Positions 1 to 11,098 of a stretch of DNA of 64,000 nucleotides are shown in pieces. Each line of letters opens with the position of its first letter. Position 1 is the stretch's first letter. Both the position numbers and the translations under genes were made by a program. The stretch is from Podarcis pityusensis. Lineage: Eukaryota. The stretch is taken from the NCBI GenBank assembly GCA_964106645.2, contig OZ067040.1, one strand, 5' to 3'. The notes under the pieces are model-generated. The model was not told the origin of the DNA. It worked only from the letters and a program-made list of their open reading frames with translations, and made no database searches.

Positions 1-370
1 CCCTGGGTGCCTGCCAAAGGTTCTCCAGTAGAAGGGCAAGGGAAGAAGCTGTTGCCACTTAGTGTTGACAATATTGGGCTAAATGGAACAATAGGCTGAC
101 TTGGGATACAGCTGTTTCATGTGTTCAACCACATGGCATTAATGCTAGAAGTATTCCAGCATTGTCCAGGTAGACTAGATGTTAACTGCATTACTAATAG
201 TCCACCTCCACATATCAGACAGTGTTCTCTGCTATGGTGGCAAAGACACCTTTAGCACAGTGTATAGATGATCCATTTATACTGAATCAAAGAGCAGTAA
301 TGCACAGTAACTGTAAAGATGCATTAGCAGGAGATGATGATAATTGTTCAAATGTGAATCTTAGGCTGCA

Positions 371-630
371 CAGTGGTACCTCGGGTTAAGTACTTAATTC
401 GTTCCGGAGGTCCATACTTAACCTGAAACTGTTCTTAACCTGAAGCACCACATTAGCTAATGGGGCCTCCTGCTGCTGCCGCGCCGCCGGAGCAAAATTT
501 CTGTTCTCATCCTGAAGCAAAGTTCTTAACCTGAAGCACTATTTCTGGGTTAGCGGAGTCTGTAACCTGAAGCGTATGTAACCTGAAGCGTATGTAACCT
601 GAAGCGTATGTAACTGTAATGGTACCACTG
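371..630 (+). mobile_element. Tigger/pogo-type MITE, family A copy 1
   Basis: TIR CAGTGGTACC...GGTACCACTG, TA at the right flank; repeated AACCTGAA; homologous to 14578 and 61123. Confidence 0.85.
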
Positions 631-797
631 TAATCCCAACCATATACTTAAATGTAAGCAGGGTTATAACTGCAGCTTCACCACAGTGGTCTTGGGCCAT
701 TTCCAATTCCACTATTCCATTAGTTTTTAAAGCTGAATTGAATAAATTTAGAATGTATTCTATCTGATTAGTATATTGTAAAAACAGAAAAGCTTAC

Positions 798-1027
798 TAG
801 CTGGTGGTTGTCTTTCAAATATCTCACGAACAAGGTAATTGAAGTCTTGGGTTACATTCACAAGATCATCGTGGCTGGTGTATATACCAATTAGAGTCTC
901 ACCCTCATGTTCTTCCTCTCGTTTTAGAATTCCTCCAACAGCCCAGGTAAATGCAAATATATAAAGTTTCCCCAACATTATCATCATATTATTAGGTTGC
1001 TTCTCCCAAAACCATATCTGCTCTGGC
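798..1027 (-). CDS. DNAH14: DNAH14 coding exon 43 (KLYIFAFTWAVGGIL)
   Basis: F...W..GG motif; AG/GTAAG boundaries. Confidence 0.92.
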
Positions 1028-1053
1028 CTGGAAGTAATGAGGGGGAAAAACCC

Positions 1054-1086
<33 letters not shown>
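1054..1086. repeat. (AAT)n microsatellite
   Basis: Directly visible. Confidence 0.9.
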
Positions 1087-1272
1087 GCACAATATTTGAT
1101 TTAGTAACTAGCAATGCTCTGTGCTCCTTTGAGGAAGGTCAGGATACAAAAATAGTATAGTTAAAACAACAATAGAAGAAAACAAATTAACTTTATAAAG
1201 AACATCAACTTTATAAACATCTGGGTAGGCTTGTCTAAACAATGATGTTTTTAGCAGTCACCAAAAAGAATA

Positions 1273-1623
1273 CAGTGGTGCCCTGCAAGACGAATGCCTC
1301 GCAAGACGAAAAACTCGCTAGACGAAAGGGTTTTCCGTTTTTTGAGTCGTTCCGCAAGACGAATTTCCCTATGGGCTTGCTTCGCAAGACGAAATGTCTT
1401 GCGAGTTCTTGCGAGTTTGTTTCCTTTTTCTTAAAGCCGCTAAGCCGTTAATAGCCGCTAAGCCGTTAATAGCCGCTAAGCCGCTAATAGCCGCTAGGCC
1501 GTTAATAGCCGCTAAGCCGCTAATAGCCGCTAAGCCGCTAATAGCCGTGCTTCGCAAGACGAAAAAACCGCAAGACGAAGAGACTCGCGGAACGGATTAA
1601 TTTCGTCTTGCGAGGCACCACTG
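1273..1623. mobile_element. Tigger/pogo-type MITE, family B, with internal 18-bp minisatellite (1435..1542, 6 units)
   Basis: TA|CAGTGGTGCCCTGCAAGACGAA ... TTCGTCTTGCGAGGCACCACTG|TA. Confidence 0.88.
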
Positions 1624-1819
1624 TACAGTGAAGGCGCCTGCTTGATAGCAATAGACAAGGCATTCCAAAGTGTAGGTCCTGCCACACTAAACAGTTATGA
1701 TGCATCATGCATAAAAATAAATCCAGTGTTTCCTATCTGTCTTTTGACGATATAGTTTTAAAAAACAAGGATTTCATCGCATTTTGATAATCTAGCAAGT
1801 GCACACAAGGCTCACTCAC

Positions 1820-1928
1820 CTTTTCTTCAACACAGATGGGACTATTTCGCTGCCTACATCTGATATCCTACGAGATGCTTTCATCATTGTTGGTGGCAAA
1901 GTAATTGAGCTTTGTATTCTTCTTTTGG
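1820..1928 (-). CDS. DNAH14: DNAH14 coding exon 42 (KRRIQSS...VLKK)
   Basis: AG/GTGAGT boundaries; phase 1->2 bridges exons 41 and 43. Confidence 0.75.
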
Positions 1929-2017
1929 CTTTAATATAACAAATCACATTACGCATTTGGCCCATTCAGAAAGAAGTCCAATATAAAACTATAGCTTCAA
2001 AAAATCATAATTTCCTT

Positions 2018-2055
2018 GCGTTGGTGGTATAGTGGTTAGCATAGCTGCCTTCCAA
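2018..2055 (+). pseudogene. Retroposed 5' half of tRNA-Gly(TCC), tailless, with 18-bp TSD
   Basis: GCGTTGGTGGTATAGTGGTTAGCATAGCTGCCTTCCAA matches vertebrate tRNA-Gly-TCC nt 1-38; AAAAAATCATAATTTCCT at 1999..2016 and 2055..2072. Confidence 0.9.
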
Positions 2056-2426
2056 AAAAATCATAATTTCCTATACAATTGATTTTACACTTTAATTACA
2101 AGAATATTTTCCACTTGGAGCCTAAACCAGCTCATCCTAAACCATTGCTGAGCTACAAATATTCACCAAGTACTAATTGTTTTCTGTGGTGTGCAAGTTG
2201 CACTTGTCTCTAAAATTATCTGACCCATCAATGCCTCAATATTCTGTGTTGGAGGAACCAAGTTTCTCCAAATACCTTTGATATTAAGGGCAAAGAGATA
2301 TCAGTGGTCCCACAGACCACATGCTGAAAAGCAAGAATTACAGAAAGACACACAGAACACTTTCTATTATACTTCTTACACATTTATCATATCACTAAAA
2401 ATTAGACTTGTAATGCATTCACTTAC

Positions 2427-2679
2427 GCGGTTGTAATGTATCCTTTTGAATCATTATTTGAAGAAATGAATCAAGAATTCTGCAGATATTCATTACAATC
2501 CCCATCTGATGTATAGGGAATGGTTGCATTTTCTTACGTTCATTCAGAAAGTTCATCCCTTTTTTTACACTTGAGTGAAACAAGCTTGATAAGTACTCAA
2601 TATCATTTTGTGCCAATAGTTCAGAAAAGCCTTCTAACCATGTACTGACATATGGTTCCCATCCCAGATCAACTGGATC
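2427..2679 (-). CDS. DNAH14: DNAH14 coding exon 41 (DPVDLGWEPYV...)
   Basis: AG/GTAAGT boundaries, phase 0->1. Confidence 0.93.
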
Positions 2680-3386
2680 CTACAATAAAACAAATGAACA
2701 GATTTTCAGAATTGCTTCTACATTGCTTCTGCATATTTACGTTCTTTATATCTAGATTCTGCTTGTGAAATATGAAACATGCACATACATTTTCCTACTA
2801 TGATACAGATCAGCTATCTGTTCCATGTCTTGGGGAAAATGTGCTATACAGATTTTCTACATGGGAACAGATGTCCATGTAGAAAGTTGCAATGTTTGAA
2901 ACGGCTTCCATAAGGATGATATCTTTGGTTGGCATTGGCAAAGGATGCTAGTTTATAAATGCTTACTCTTTAAGTTTTTCAACTTGTACAAGAAGAAAAT
3001 GCTAACATTTTTGTGCCTTTTCTTTTTCTTCTTTTTCTTTATATCACTTTATTTCTTTATAATTCAAAAGTTTTCAATAAAATATTGAAAAACAGGCAAA
3101 AAAGAGAAAAATACAAGAAAATACTAAATAAACAAAACATAAAATGTTTAATACAGAACATACATTGTTCCAGCAATTTGCTACTCAGGGCCGCGTCAGA
3201 CAAAGTAGTTCCATTAGCCCAATAATTTTTGTCTGCACAATTAAACTTCCTCTCCCTGGGTGCCACCCCCCGTAGATTTAAAAGAAGCATATTATACCCA
3301 ATGGGGATTCCAAGTGGGGAATCTATGATCTTGAGAGAGATCAAGGCAATTATTTAACCAGGGCATTAAAAGAAATAACAGGTCTA

Positions 3387-3585
3387 TTGTGCTATCATCC
3401 CCCTGATCAAAATGCTCAGGGAAATATTGAGATGAAGAATGAAATCAAGGAAGTATCCAAAATACATGTTGTAATAACAGGGGAATTCAACTATCCACCC
3501 ATAGATTGGCTACATATGTGTTATAGTCATGACAAAGAGGTAAAATTTCTCGATACCCTACATGATGATAGCCTAGAATAATTGG
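3387..3585 (+). mobile_element. CR1-like LINE endonuclease fragment (degenerate)
   Basis: CYHPP...GEFNYPPIDW resembles the APE motif YRPP...GDFN.P.IDW. Confidence 0.7.
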
Positions 3586-3749
3586 TGCACTTCCAGTCTG
3601 CAAATGGTGCCATGAGCAGCGACTACCCCGCCTGTCTCTGCTAATTGCCTTCAGGACAACTTCACTTATTTCACTTTCCATCTTTGCTGAGAATGTTAAA
3701 AGAAAGTATGAAATATCATATGAGTAAAAACGTTATTTAAAAAACCTAC

Positions 3750-3967
3750 CACGTAAACCATAGCACATCTACTAACAGTAGCAGGGCTGGCCTGAGAGAG
3801 GCTGTCCACTTCAAAAATCATTCTGATTGCTGGTGATAAGTAGATTCTTTCACTATTAGGAAGGCATAACACTCTGGAGTCATCTAGCACAGAATTTAAA
3901 TTTTCTATCCAAACTGGGTCTACTGGCCCATCCAAGATAATCCATTGCCAGTCATTAATACTTTCAC
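3750..3967 (-). CDS. DNAH14: DNAH14 coding exon 40 ([11 protein letters not shown]...ENLNSVLDD...ASPATVSRC)
   Basis: Canonical AAA2 motifs. Confidence 0.96.
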
Positions 3968-4439
3968 CTACAAAAGAATAAACAAATAAGAATGTCAGAA
4001 TTTGCTAGTAACATTTATAAGCAACAAGAATTAATAAATAAAGTTAAAATCTTTGAAAATGATCATGTTATTTTAGGAAAATATATCTTAAACCTATTGA
4101 CAATTTTTCTTTGTGCTGAATATCAAACTGGAGGAGAAAAAAATCTTATATACCAGTTTTTATTATTTTGTTATATACTGTATTACTTTCTCTTTATTTC
4201 ACCCAAATGCTTATTAACCTGATTGCCTTGGAGGACATTTTGCATATAGGATGATGTCCTCCCTCTGGATGTGACAGGCAGGGTCTTGAAGCTTTGCCTC
4301 CTTCTCCAGAGGAAGCGGTCATCCTACCCTCCAGATCTTCCCTGCCTCAGTCGGGATAGGTCGGGTCTTTTTTCATCTCCAGTGAAAAAATCTTAGCTAT
4401 GTGGTTAATGAGACTGTGAGTTTGATAATGGTTAATGAG

Positions 4440-4529
4440 CATAGCTGTTAACTTTTCCCTTTTCTTGCGAGGAATCCTATTTGGAATAAGGGAATTTCCC
4501 TTAAAAAAAGGAAAACGTTGACAGCTATG
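4440..4529. mobile_element. 90-bp hAT-type MITE
   Basis: TIR CATAGCTGTTAAC/GTTGACAGCTATG; 8-bp TSD TTAATGAG. Confidence 0.88.
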
Positions 4530-4873
4530 TTAATGAGACTGTGAGTGTTGCTGGTTTTTATTTGTTAGTTTCCTAGTATACCTCTTTCTCTTAAAATGGG
4601 GTGTGTCCCCTAGGTGTCAACATTTTCTGTGTGCCCTGTCGTTTCCCCTGCTTAAATTTTCTTCAGGATGAGGACGTGTGAGGGAATTCAAGGAAAGCAA
4701 TTGTTCCCGTGCTTCCCCCCCTTTTTATTTTGGTCCCTGGAGGGGGTAGAGATAAGAGAAGGATGGGTGGCCATTGTACAGCGGTCAGCCATTTTTTCTT
4801 AGGTCCTCTGCATTCTCTGGAGGCAGCAACATCACACAAACCAGATCAAGTGAGACTGTTGCTTCTATTATAC

Positions 4874-5010
4874 CAGACTCTCAAAGTGTCCCTATTTTCC
4901 AGGGACAGTCTCGGATTCACAGAAGCTGTCCCAGTTTCTGCTTTGATCCCAGAATGTCTTGCTTTTCCCAAGGCGTCCCTATTTTCATCGCAGAAATGTT
5001 GGAGGGTATG
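4874..5010. mobile_element. Degenerate hAT-like MITE
   Basis: Right end ATGTTGGAGGGTATG, repeated GTCCC motifs; left TIR and TSD decayed. Confidence 0.4.
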
Positions 5011-5392
5011 TTATACCCTGTGAGGTGTGTGGGTGAATGTCATTTGCTGCTGATGGCAGGTGTCATAGTACCCTTTAGAGCACAGTACCCTTTAGAGCAA
5101 CACAATGAATTCCCCCCCCCCCCATTAAAACAAGCTGTGAGGGAAGCTAGGCCTCAGTTGTGCCGACAGGAATCTCTTCTTTCGGTGGTTCTTGTCCGGG
5201 GACCAAGGAGAGGTTGCTGTTTGGCAGGAACACTATTTTTCTTTCTCAGTGATTCATTGGGGCGGGCAGTCCATGGGGAGCTTGTTTGATAGTTTTCTCC
5301 TCCCCTCTTTATTAGCGGTGACTCTATGTTCCCTTTCTTAATTGCACACACACTATAATTATTATCTTCTACTTTTTCTTTTTTCTTTTAAA

Positions 5393-5748
5393 GGGACGCA
5401 GGTGGCGCTGTGGGTTAAACCACAGAGCCTAGGACTTGCCAATCAGAAAGTCGGTGGTGCGAATCCCCATGACGGGGTGAGCTCCTGTTGCGCAGTCCCT
5501 GCTCCTGCCAACCTAGCAGTTCGAAAGCACGCCAGTGCAAGTAGATAAATAGGTACGGCTCCGGTGGGAAGGTAAACGGCGTTTCCTTGCACTGCTCTGG
5601 TTCGCCAGAAGCGGCTTAGTCATGCTGGCCACATGACCCAGAAGCTGTACGCCAGCTCCCTTGGCCAGTAAAGCGAGATGAGCGCCGCAACCCCAGAGTC
5701 AGTCACGACTGGACCTAATGGTCAGGGGTCCCTTTACCTTTACCTTTA
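5393..5748 (+). mobile_element. Sauria SINE (tRNA head, Bov-B-related tail)
   Basis: GGGACGCAGGTGGCGCTGTGGGTTAAACC head; core AACCTAGCAGTTCGAAAGC..GCAAGTAGATAAATAGGTAC; (ACCTTT)n tail. Confidence 0.9.
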
Positions 5749-6280
5749 CTATTATTTTTATTTATTGAATTTGTATACCACCCTTCATCCAAAGATCTCA
5801 GGGCAGTTTACAGCAAAAAATACAAAACAGCTGTTTCTATAATAGCCAGCTGAAACAATTCAGGTGCAGGAGGTGCCTGCCCTGCTTCCTATCTCCCCCC
5901 AGTGAGGCAGTCTGATGGAATAGCTGCCCTCAGATGTCAGCTGAGGGAGAGGAGGCCTGGTGGGGTTGGCCTATCACAGCAGAGCAGATGGAATGATAAA
6001 CTGTTGGCCCTCTAGTTTTACATGCGAGGGATTTCATACTGTGTGCTAGATGCTTGTATACAATACAGTAATGAAGCAACGAGAAATAAATATTTTGAAA
6101 TCAATAGACTTATGAATAATATTATGAACAAAAGATTCAAATATGGCTCAGGGCAGTTTTCAGTAGGACTGTGGAAGTAATAATTACTCAAATATCAAGA
6201 TGCTGCATAATTTGGACCCATCACTGTGGAAAGAGAGAATAAGTGTCTGTCATACTTATCATTACAGTACTTATACTGAC

Positions 6281-6350
6281 AGTGAATATTTTCTCTTGAC
6301 TGCAGTGCTTCATTTTTTAGGGATGCATCAGCAAGATTCACTGTATTCAG
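6281..6350 (-). CDS. DNAH14: DNAH14 coding exon 39 (putative; donor could alternatively give a start at 6266)
   Basis: Acceptor ttttctag; a phase 0->1 exon is required to join exons 38 and 40. Confidence 0.6.
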
Positions 6351-7227
6351 CTAGAAAAATAGAAATGAAACTAATTACACTGCAGATCAGTTGATAAAGG
6401 AAGTTAGGCAAGTTAAATACAGAATTGGTTTTTTTAAAAAATACAAAGCTTTTTTCCTAGAGAATTGGGGCAGCAAGAAACTTCTTTAATTACAAAAACA
6501 AAAAGCCTTGGGTGCCATGTTTCTGGGAGGATCCATGACTACCAAAGGCAGTTTCAACCTGAGATATACATTCAGTCTCTTGAATCTCAGCCAAATCACA
6601 ATTAAACATAGAAAGTTGGCTCCAGAGTTTCCATGAATTTTCAAATGTAGTCTTGGATGATGGTGGAGATAATTTTTGCCAGTTCCTCTTTTGTTCTGCA
6701 GCTTCCTGTGCTCTCCTAAAACCTGCTCTGAAGAGTTAGGAGACCCTCCAAAAAGTATGGGAGATTATGATAGGGGTTACAGGAGAAAGGAAGAATTGGT
6801 GAAAATTACCTCCTCCCCTCATCCAGATTGAGTGCAATTGTCCCCTCCTGCTGTTGTTCCCAAGTGCCTCTGACCCTGGTGCCTCTGACCCTGGAGATAT
6901 TAGTCATCATGATTAACTAGTCTTATTCTCTATGTATTTGTCTAATCACCCTTTAAAGCGATCTAAAGTACTAGTCAGATAGCCCATTACTATCATCCTT
7001 TGCAAGTTGAATGGCAACTGTCTGAAACAGACAATTAATCCCTTAATCCCAAGCAAGCAGTGCCAATAACGTCAACCAATATGCTACTTGCTGTTGAATA
7101 AAAAAGAAGATAAAGGGAAAGAAACAGGAAACGTACGGTTAGGTGATATACACCAGATAGATGTAACAATAAACTAAGCAGAGACTCCTGTAGTTCACAA
7201 ATCTATATGCATGACACAAAAGTTCAA

Positions 7228-7438
7228 ATATATATAAAAATTTGTCCAGTAGCACCTTAGAGACCAACTAAGTTTGTTCTTGGTATATGCTTTTGTGTGC
7301 AAAAGCGTGAAGAAGTGTGTATGCACACAAAAGCTTATACCAAGAACAAACTTAGTTGGTCTCTAAGGTGCTACTGGACAATTTTTTTATTTTTTATATA
7401 TTTCGACTGCGTCAGACCAACACGGCTACCTACCTGAA
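7228..7438. mobile_element. Penelope-like element remnant with inverted (fold-back) pLTR segment
   Basis: ~65-bp inverted arms GTCCAGTAGCACCTTAGAGACCAACT...; flanked by the 12-bp repeat ACAAAAGTTCAA (7216, 7439). Confidence 0.75.
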
Positions 7439-7502
7439 ACAAAAGTTCAAGTAAAGCAATAAAACAGTGGCATAATTAGAGTTACTAAAATGCTAAACTC
7501 AC

Positions 7503-7715
7503 AGTGTACAAGTCCTGCATTTCTGATCTTGTAGTGCTTATGTCTTTCTTTTTAGGTTTTTTTGTTGAAAGTTTGGCAAACGCTCGAACTGCTGATGATA
7601 ACAGACCATCTGACCACTCCACTGTATTAGGATTTGTCTGCCCAAAAAGTTCACCAAGACTAACACACTTTGGGTTTATAACAAAGGTGTCTACCTTGCC
7701 TTTCTTTGGAGAATT
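7503..7715 (-). CDS. DNAH14: DNAH14 coding exon 38 (INPKCVSLGELFG...EWSDGLL)
   Basis: NPK...ELFG...EW.DG motif; 71 codons. Confidence 0.93.
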
Positions 7716-7866
7716 CTAAGGAAAGAAAAACAGACATTTCCTTACCATAAATATCCTGTTTTGGGGATGACATTCAAAAACTCTTTAGAGTTACTCCTCC
7801 CCACCAGGAGGAGACAGGGCTGGCTTGCTATTTGATTCTTCTGTTGGACTAAACTGGAATGAGCAG

Positions 7867-9767
7867 GGACTTCCGGGTTGGCGCCTCTGGCAATGGCGGA
7901 TTTCCTCCGATCGGGAGGAACCCGCTCCGTGAAAAACAGGGTCTGAACCGCCACGGCGAGGCGGAGACCCATTAAAAACCACAGGCGGGAGAAGCCTGTG
8001 GACTTGGGATTCGGCTGGCACCTTTGCGCCTCCCCTACTCGTGGGGAAACCCTGTTTTGGGGATCCGGAGCGACGTGGGGTGAGTGGCGCGGTGCTTTGA
8101 ATCGACTGCTTCTTTCACGGAGTGAAGCCGCATTGCTGTTGCCAGAGAGCGCTGACTTTTTCCTGTGGACAATTGGATTTTAAACAACTACTCGTGAGTA
8201 AAATGGAAAATTGGATTTTTAAATACTTCAATTTGGCACTGAAACGGGAAGGTTATAAACAGGAAGTCCACCTCCCGTTTTTGTAAATAGACAAGCAAAG
8301 ACGTTACAAGTAAAGCCTTTGAAAGCTTTTGGCAAAGGATCAAATTTCCACCGGTTTAAAGCTACAAAACCCCCTTAGGAAGCAGGAGAAGAGGGGGGAA
8401 ATTTTGGATCTAGTGAGCCTGCAGGAGAGAGTGAAAAAATCAAATTACCACTGCTCTGAACCTGGGAACGGGCTGCCAGATGACGTTTGGAGAGAGTGCT
8501 TTTGACAGAACGGATTTGACAGCTAGCTAAACAAGAGTAAGATACTGTTTCCATTGTCCCTTTCTGCGTTTAAAAAAAAAGAGGAAAAGTAACTGAAATT
8601 TTATCTTTAATGTTTGAAATTGTGCTTGAAAGAACTGATACAAGTGGAGACTGTTTCCCTCTAGAGGGAGCTTTTGAAACTGTAACAGGACTGTAACTGG
8701 GGAATTTCCAGCTGCAGAAAAGGAGTTTGGGAACCAGAGAGCGACCTTGGACTATTTAAAAATGTTGATAGGAGAGGCCATTGTGACTGTTTTATGTAAG
8801 ATAAGCTGTTCGCTGGGACAGCTTCACAAGAAGATGGATGAAATGACTCTCAAAGTTGATAATTTGGAACAGAAAGTGACCAACTTGAGTAAAAAAGCGA
8901 ACACTAAAACAGAAATAATTCAGGACTTGGTACAGGAACCCATTTTGGCAGGACAAATGGTGGAGGAGAAGGAGGAGAAGGAGAATGCAGCTGTTGTTCA
9001 ACATAAAATAATACAAGTGAGATCTGTGGATTTACAGAAGCAAATTGGAGATTATAAATTGAGGCCTTCTATGATTGAATCCAGGAAAAGCCAGACTCCG
9101 AGGAATGGATCCCGGTTTGGATTAAAGAAGGAAAGTTGGAAAGAGCCCTCTATGCAGGGATTAACTGACTTTTGGGACATGGACTCGGGCCTGGAGGAGA
9201 TTGAAGTTTTGGGGGCCTTTGGAATTGGAGGAATTTTGAAATATACCCTGAAATACTTTATGGACTGTAGTTTTAACTATGGAAATTCAGCTGATTTGTT
9301 CAGAAGGAAGAAAAAGATTAACAGGTTGGAATTTCCCCGAGATTGGCTCTTTAGCATTAAAGAAAATGAAGAAGACCTGCAGAAGGGACTTGGAAAAGAG
9401 TTAAGAGCCTCGGACATAAGATCACCAGGTTGATGGACTTTATGGAATTGACAGAAAGGACTGGCAGAATCCGAAACCTGGGAGAGGAGATGGAAACAAG
9501 GGAATGAAAGATAGAGCATGGAAAAGAGAGGATGTATGTTTTTAAATTGTTTTTGTTTTGGGGAGTGGGGTTTGTTTAGTTTAGCTTAATGTGTTTAGTT
9601 TTGAGTTTAGGTTGTGTTTTGTATTGTTTATATATTGTATTGTATTGCGTGTTTTTTTCTCTCTCTCTCTTTGTTTTTTTTCTTTGTTTTTTCTTCTGTT
9701 TTTTCTCTTTTGCTTTTTCTCTCTCTTTTTGTAATCTATAAAATTAATAAATATTATTAAAAAAAAA
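7867..9767 (+). mobile_element. Non-autonomous L1-derived retroelement (HAL1-like), full length
   Basis: 12-bp TSD TGGAATGAGCAG (7855, 9768); GGACTTCCGG...CAATGGCGG 5' end; CpG-rich 5'UTR; one ORF; AATAAA at 9746 followed by A9. Confidence 0.8.
8762..9433 (+). CDS. 223-aa ORF of the L1-derived element (ORF1-like, predicted coiled coil)
   Basis: First in-frame ATG at 8762; heptad-like LHKKMDEMTLKVDNLEQKVTNLSKK; no RT motifs. Confidence 0.5.
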   Translation: MLIGEAIVTVLCKISCSLGQLHKKMDEMTLKVDNLEQKVTNLSKKANTKTEIIQDLVQEPILAGQMVEEKEEKENAAVVQHKIIQVRSVDLQKQIGDYKLRPSMIESRKSQTPRNGSRFGLKKESWKEPSMQGLTDFWDMDSGLEEIEVLGAFGIGGILKYTLKYFMDCSFNYGNSADLFRRKKKINRLEFPRDWLFSIKENEEDLQKGLGKELRASDIRSPG

Positions 9768-10224
9768 TGGAATGAGCAGAAACTTCCTCCAGAATATAGA
9801 TAACTATTGAACAGCCAACCAGCATAAATGGACAGTTTTTGCTGACAATCACTTGTCAAAGCAAAGTTAGAGGTGGGCACCACTCAATAAATTTGTTTTC
9901 TTGATTATTATGTATTACATTTCTCTCATATGGAAGTGTGACAATGTATTTTCCTTTCATTCCTGATACCTTGAACGCTCTTATGGTGAATTATGCAAAG
10001 ACAGGATGTTTGCAACAGGATGTTTGCAATAGGACGTTTGTAAAATGTTTTTATTTCATTTTGCAATACAGGTGGTGACTATTTTAGGCACGTCCAACTG
10101 ATGTGCAATCTCCGACATACAGGTCCTTTTGGACCTGAAAGAGGGCAGAATAGGGGCAGGGCGGCATGTAACAGGACGGAACGGGGCACCCTTATATGTG
10201 CTCCACTGACACAAGCATGGGCTG

Positions 10225-10517
10225 GGAACAAAACTTTCCTTTCTCCTGCTCTAGAGGGTAGGACTAGAACCAATGGATTCAAGTTACAAGAAAGGAGATT
10301 CTGACTAGACATTAGGAAGAACTTTCTGACAGTAAGAGCTGTTCGACCATGGAATGGTCTCCCTTGGGAAGCGGTGGACTCTTCTTCCTTGGAGGTTTTT
10401 AAGCAGAGGTTGGATGGCCATCTGTCATGGATGCTTTAGTGGAGTTTCCTGCATTGCAGGAGGTTGGACTAGATGACCCTTGGGACCCCTTCCAACTCTA
10501 CAATTCTACGATTCTAT
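10225..10517 (+). mobile_element. CR1 LINE 3' fragment
   Basis: GRTRTNGFKLQERRF C-terminal ORF2 segment; 3'UTR CCCTTCCAACTCTAC followed by an (ATTCTAY)n tail. Confidence 0.88.
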
Positions 10518-11098
10518 AAGATGGTATATTTTAATCACTGCATACAATCACTGCTTTATTGATATTATTTTACACTTTATGTTGCTTTCCATATAACAAA
10601 TACTTGCATATACTGATCCTTATATTTCTTCCATCTCCAAGATGAATTAAGGTATAATGTGCTGTTGCTCTCTTTCATATCATTATACTTAAATCTTTTA
10701 TAAACTGAAATGTGCTTACTTTTTTAACCTCAGATCATATTTAGTCACCCCCTTCTAATCCACTATGCTAAAAGGAGAGCAGGGATAGATGTGAGTGCAC
10801 TTCACACTTCCTGCCCAGTTTCCTGCCCAGTTTTGCATGGTGGCTGCCAACCTGACTTTACACATTACTATTTTTGTCACTGTGTCTCACCCCCCATCTC
10901 ATCATGATTTTGGTGCCCTCTTAAATCAGGCCAAGGGCCATGCATGCCCAACTCTAGTTTTGGGATTGCTCTCTTAGTTTGCCAATATTTCAGATCCAAC
11001 ATTAATGCATATTAGAAATTAGGCATAAGAGCACGTGAATAACATACTAAAGAAACAGGTTCAGAAAATAAAGAAGAGACTAAAATAAAATACCTTAC

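Noticed and set aside
1369-1600. Repetitive ORFs (AAKPLI)n / (GLAAIN)n
   Set aside because: Translation of the 18-bp minisatellite.
2018-2055. Functional tRNA-Gly gene
   Set aside because: Only the 5' half is present; no T-arm/B-box or 3' acceptor strand.
4709-5289. 104-aa and 171-aa plus-strand ORFs
   Set aside because: They run through MITE remnants and have no recognisable domain.
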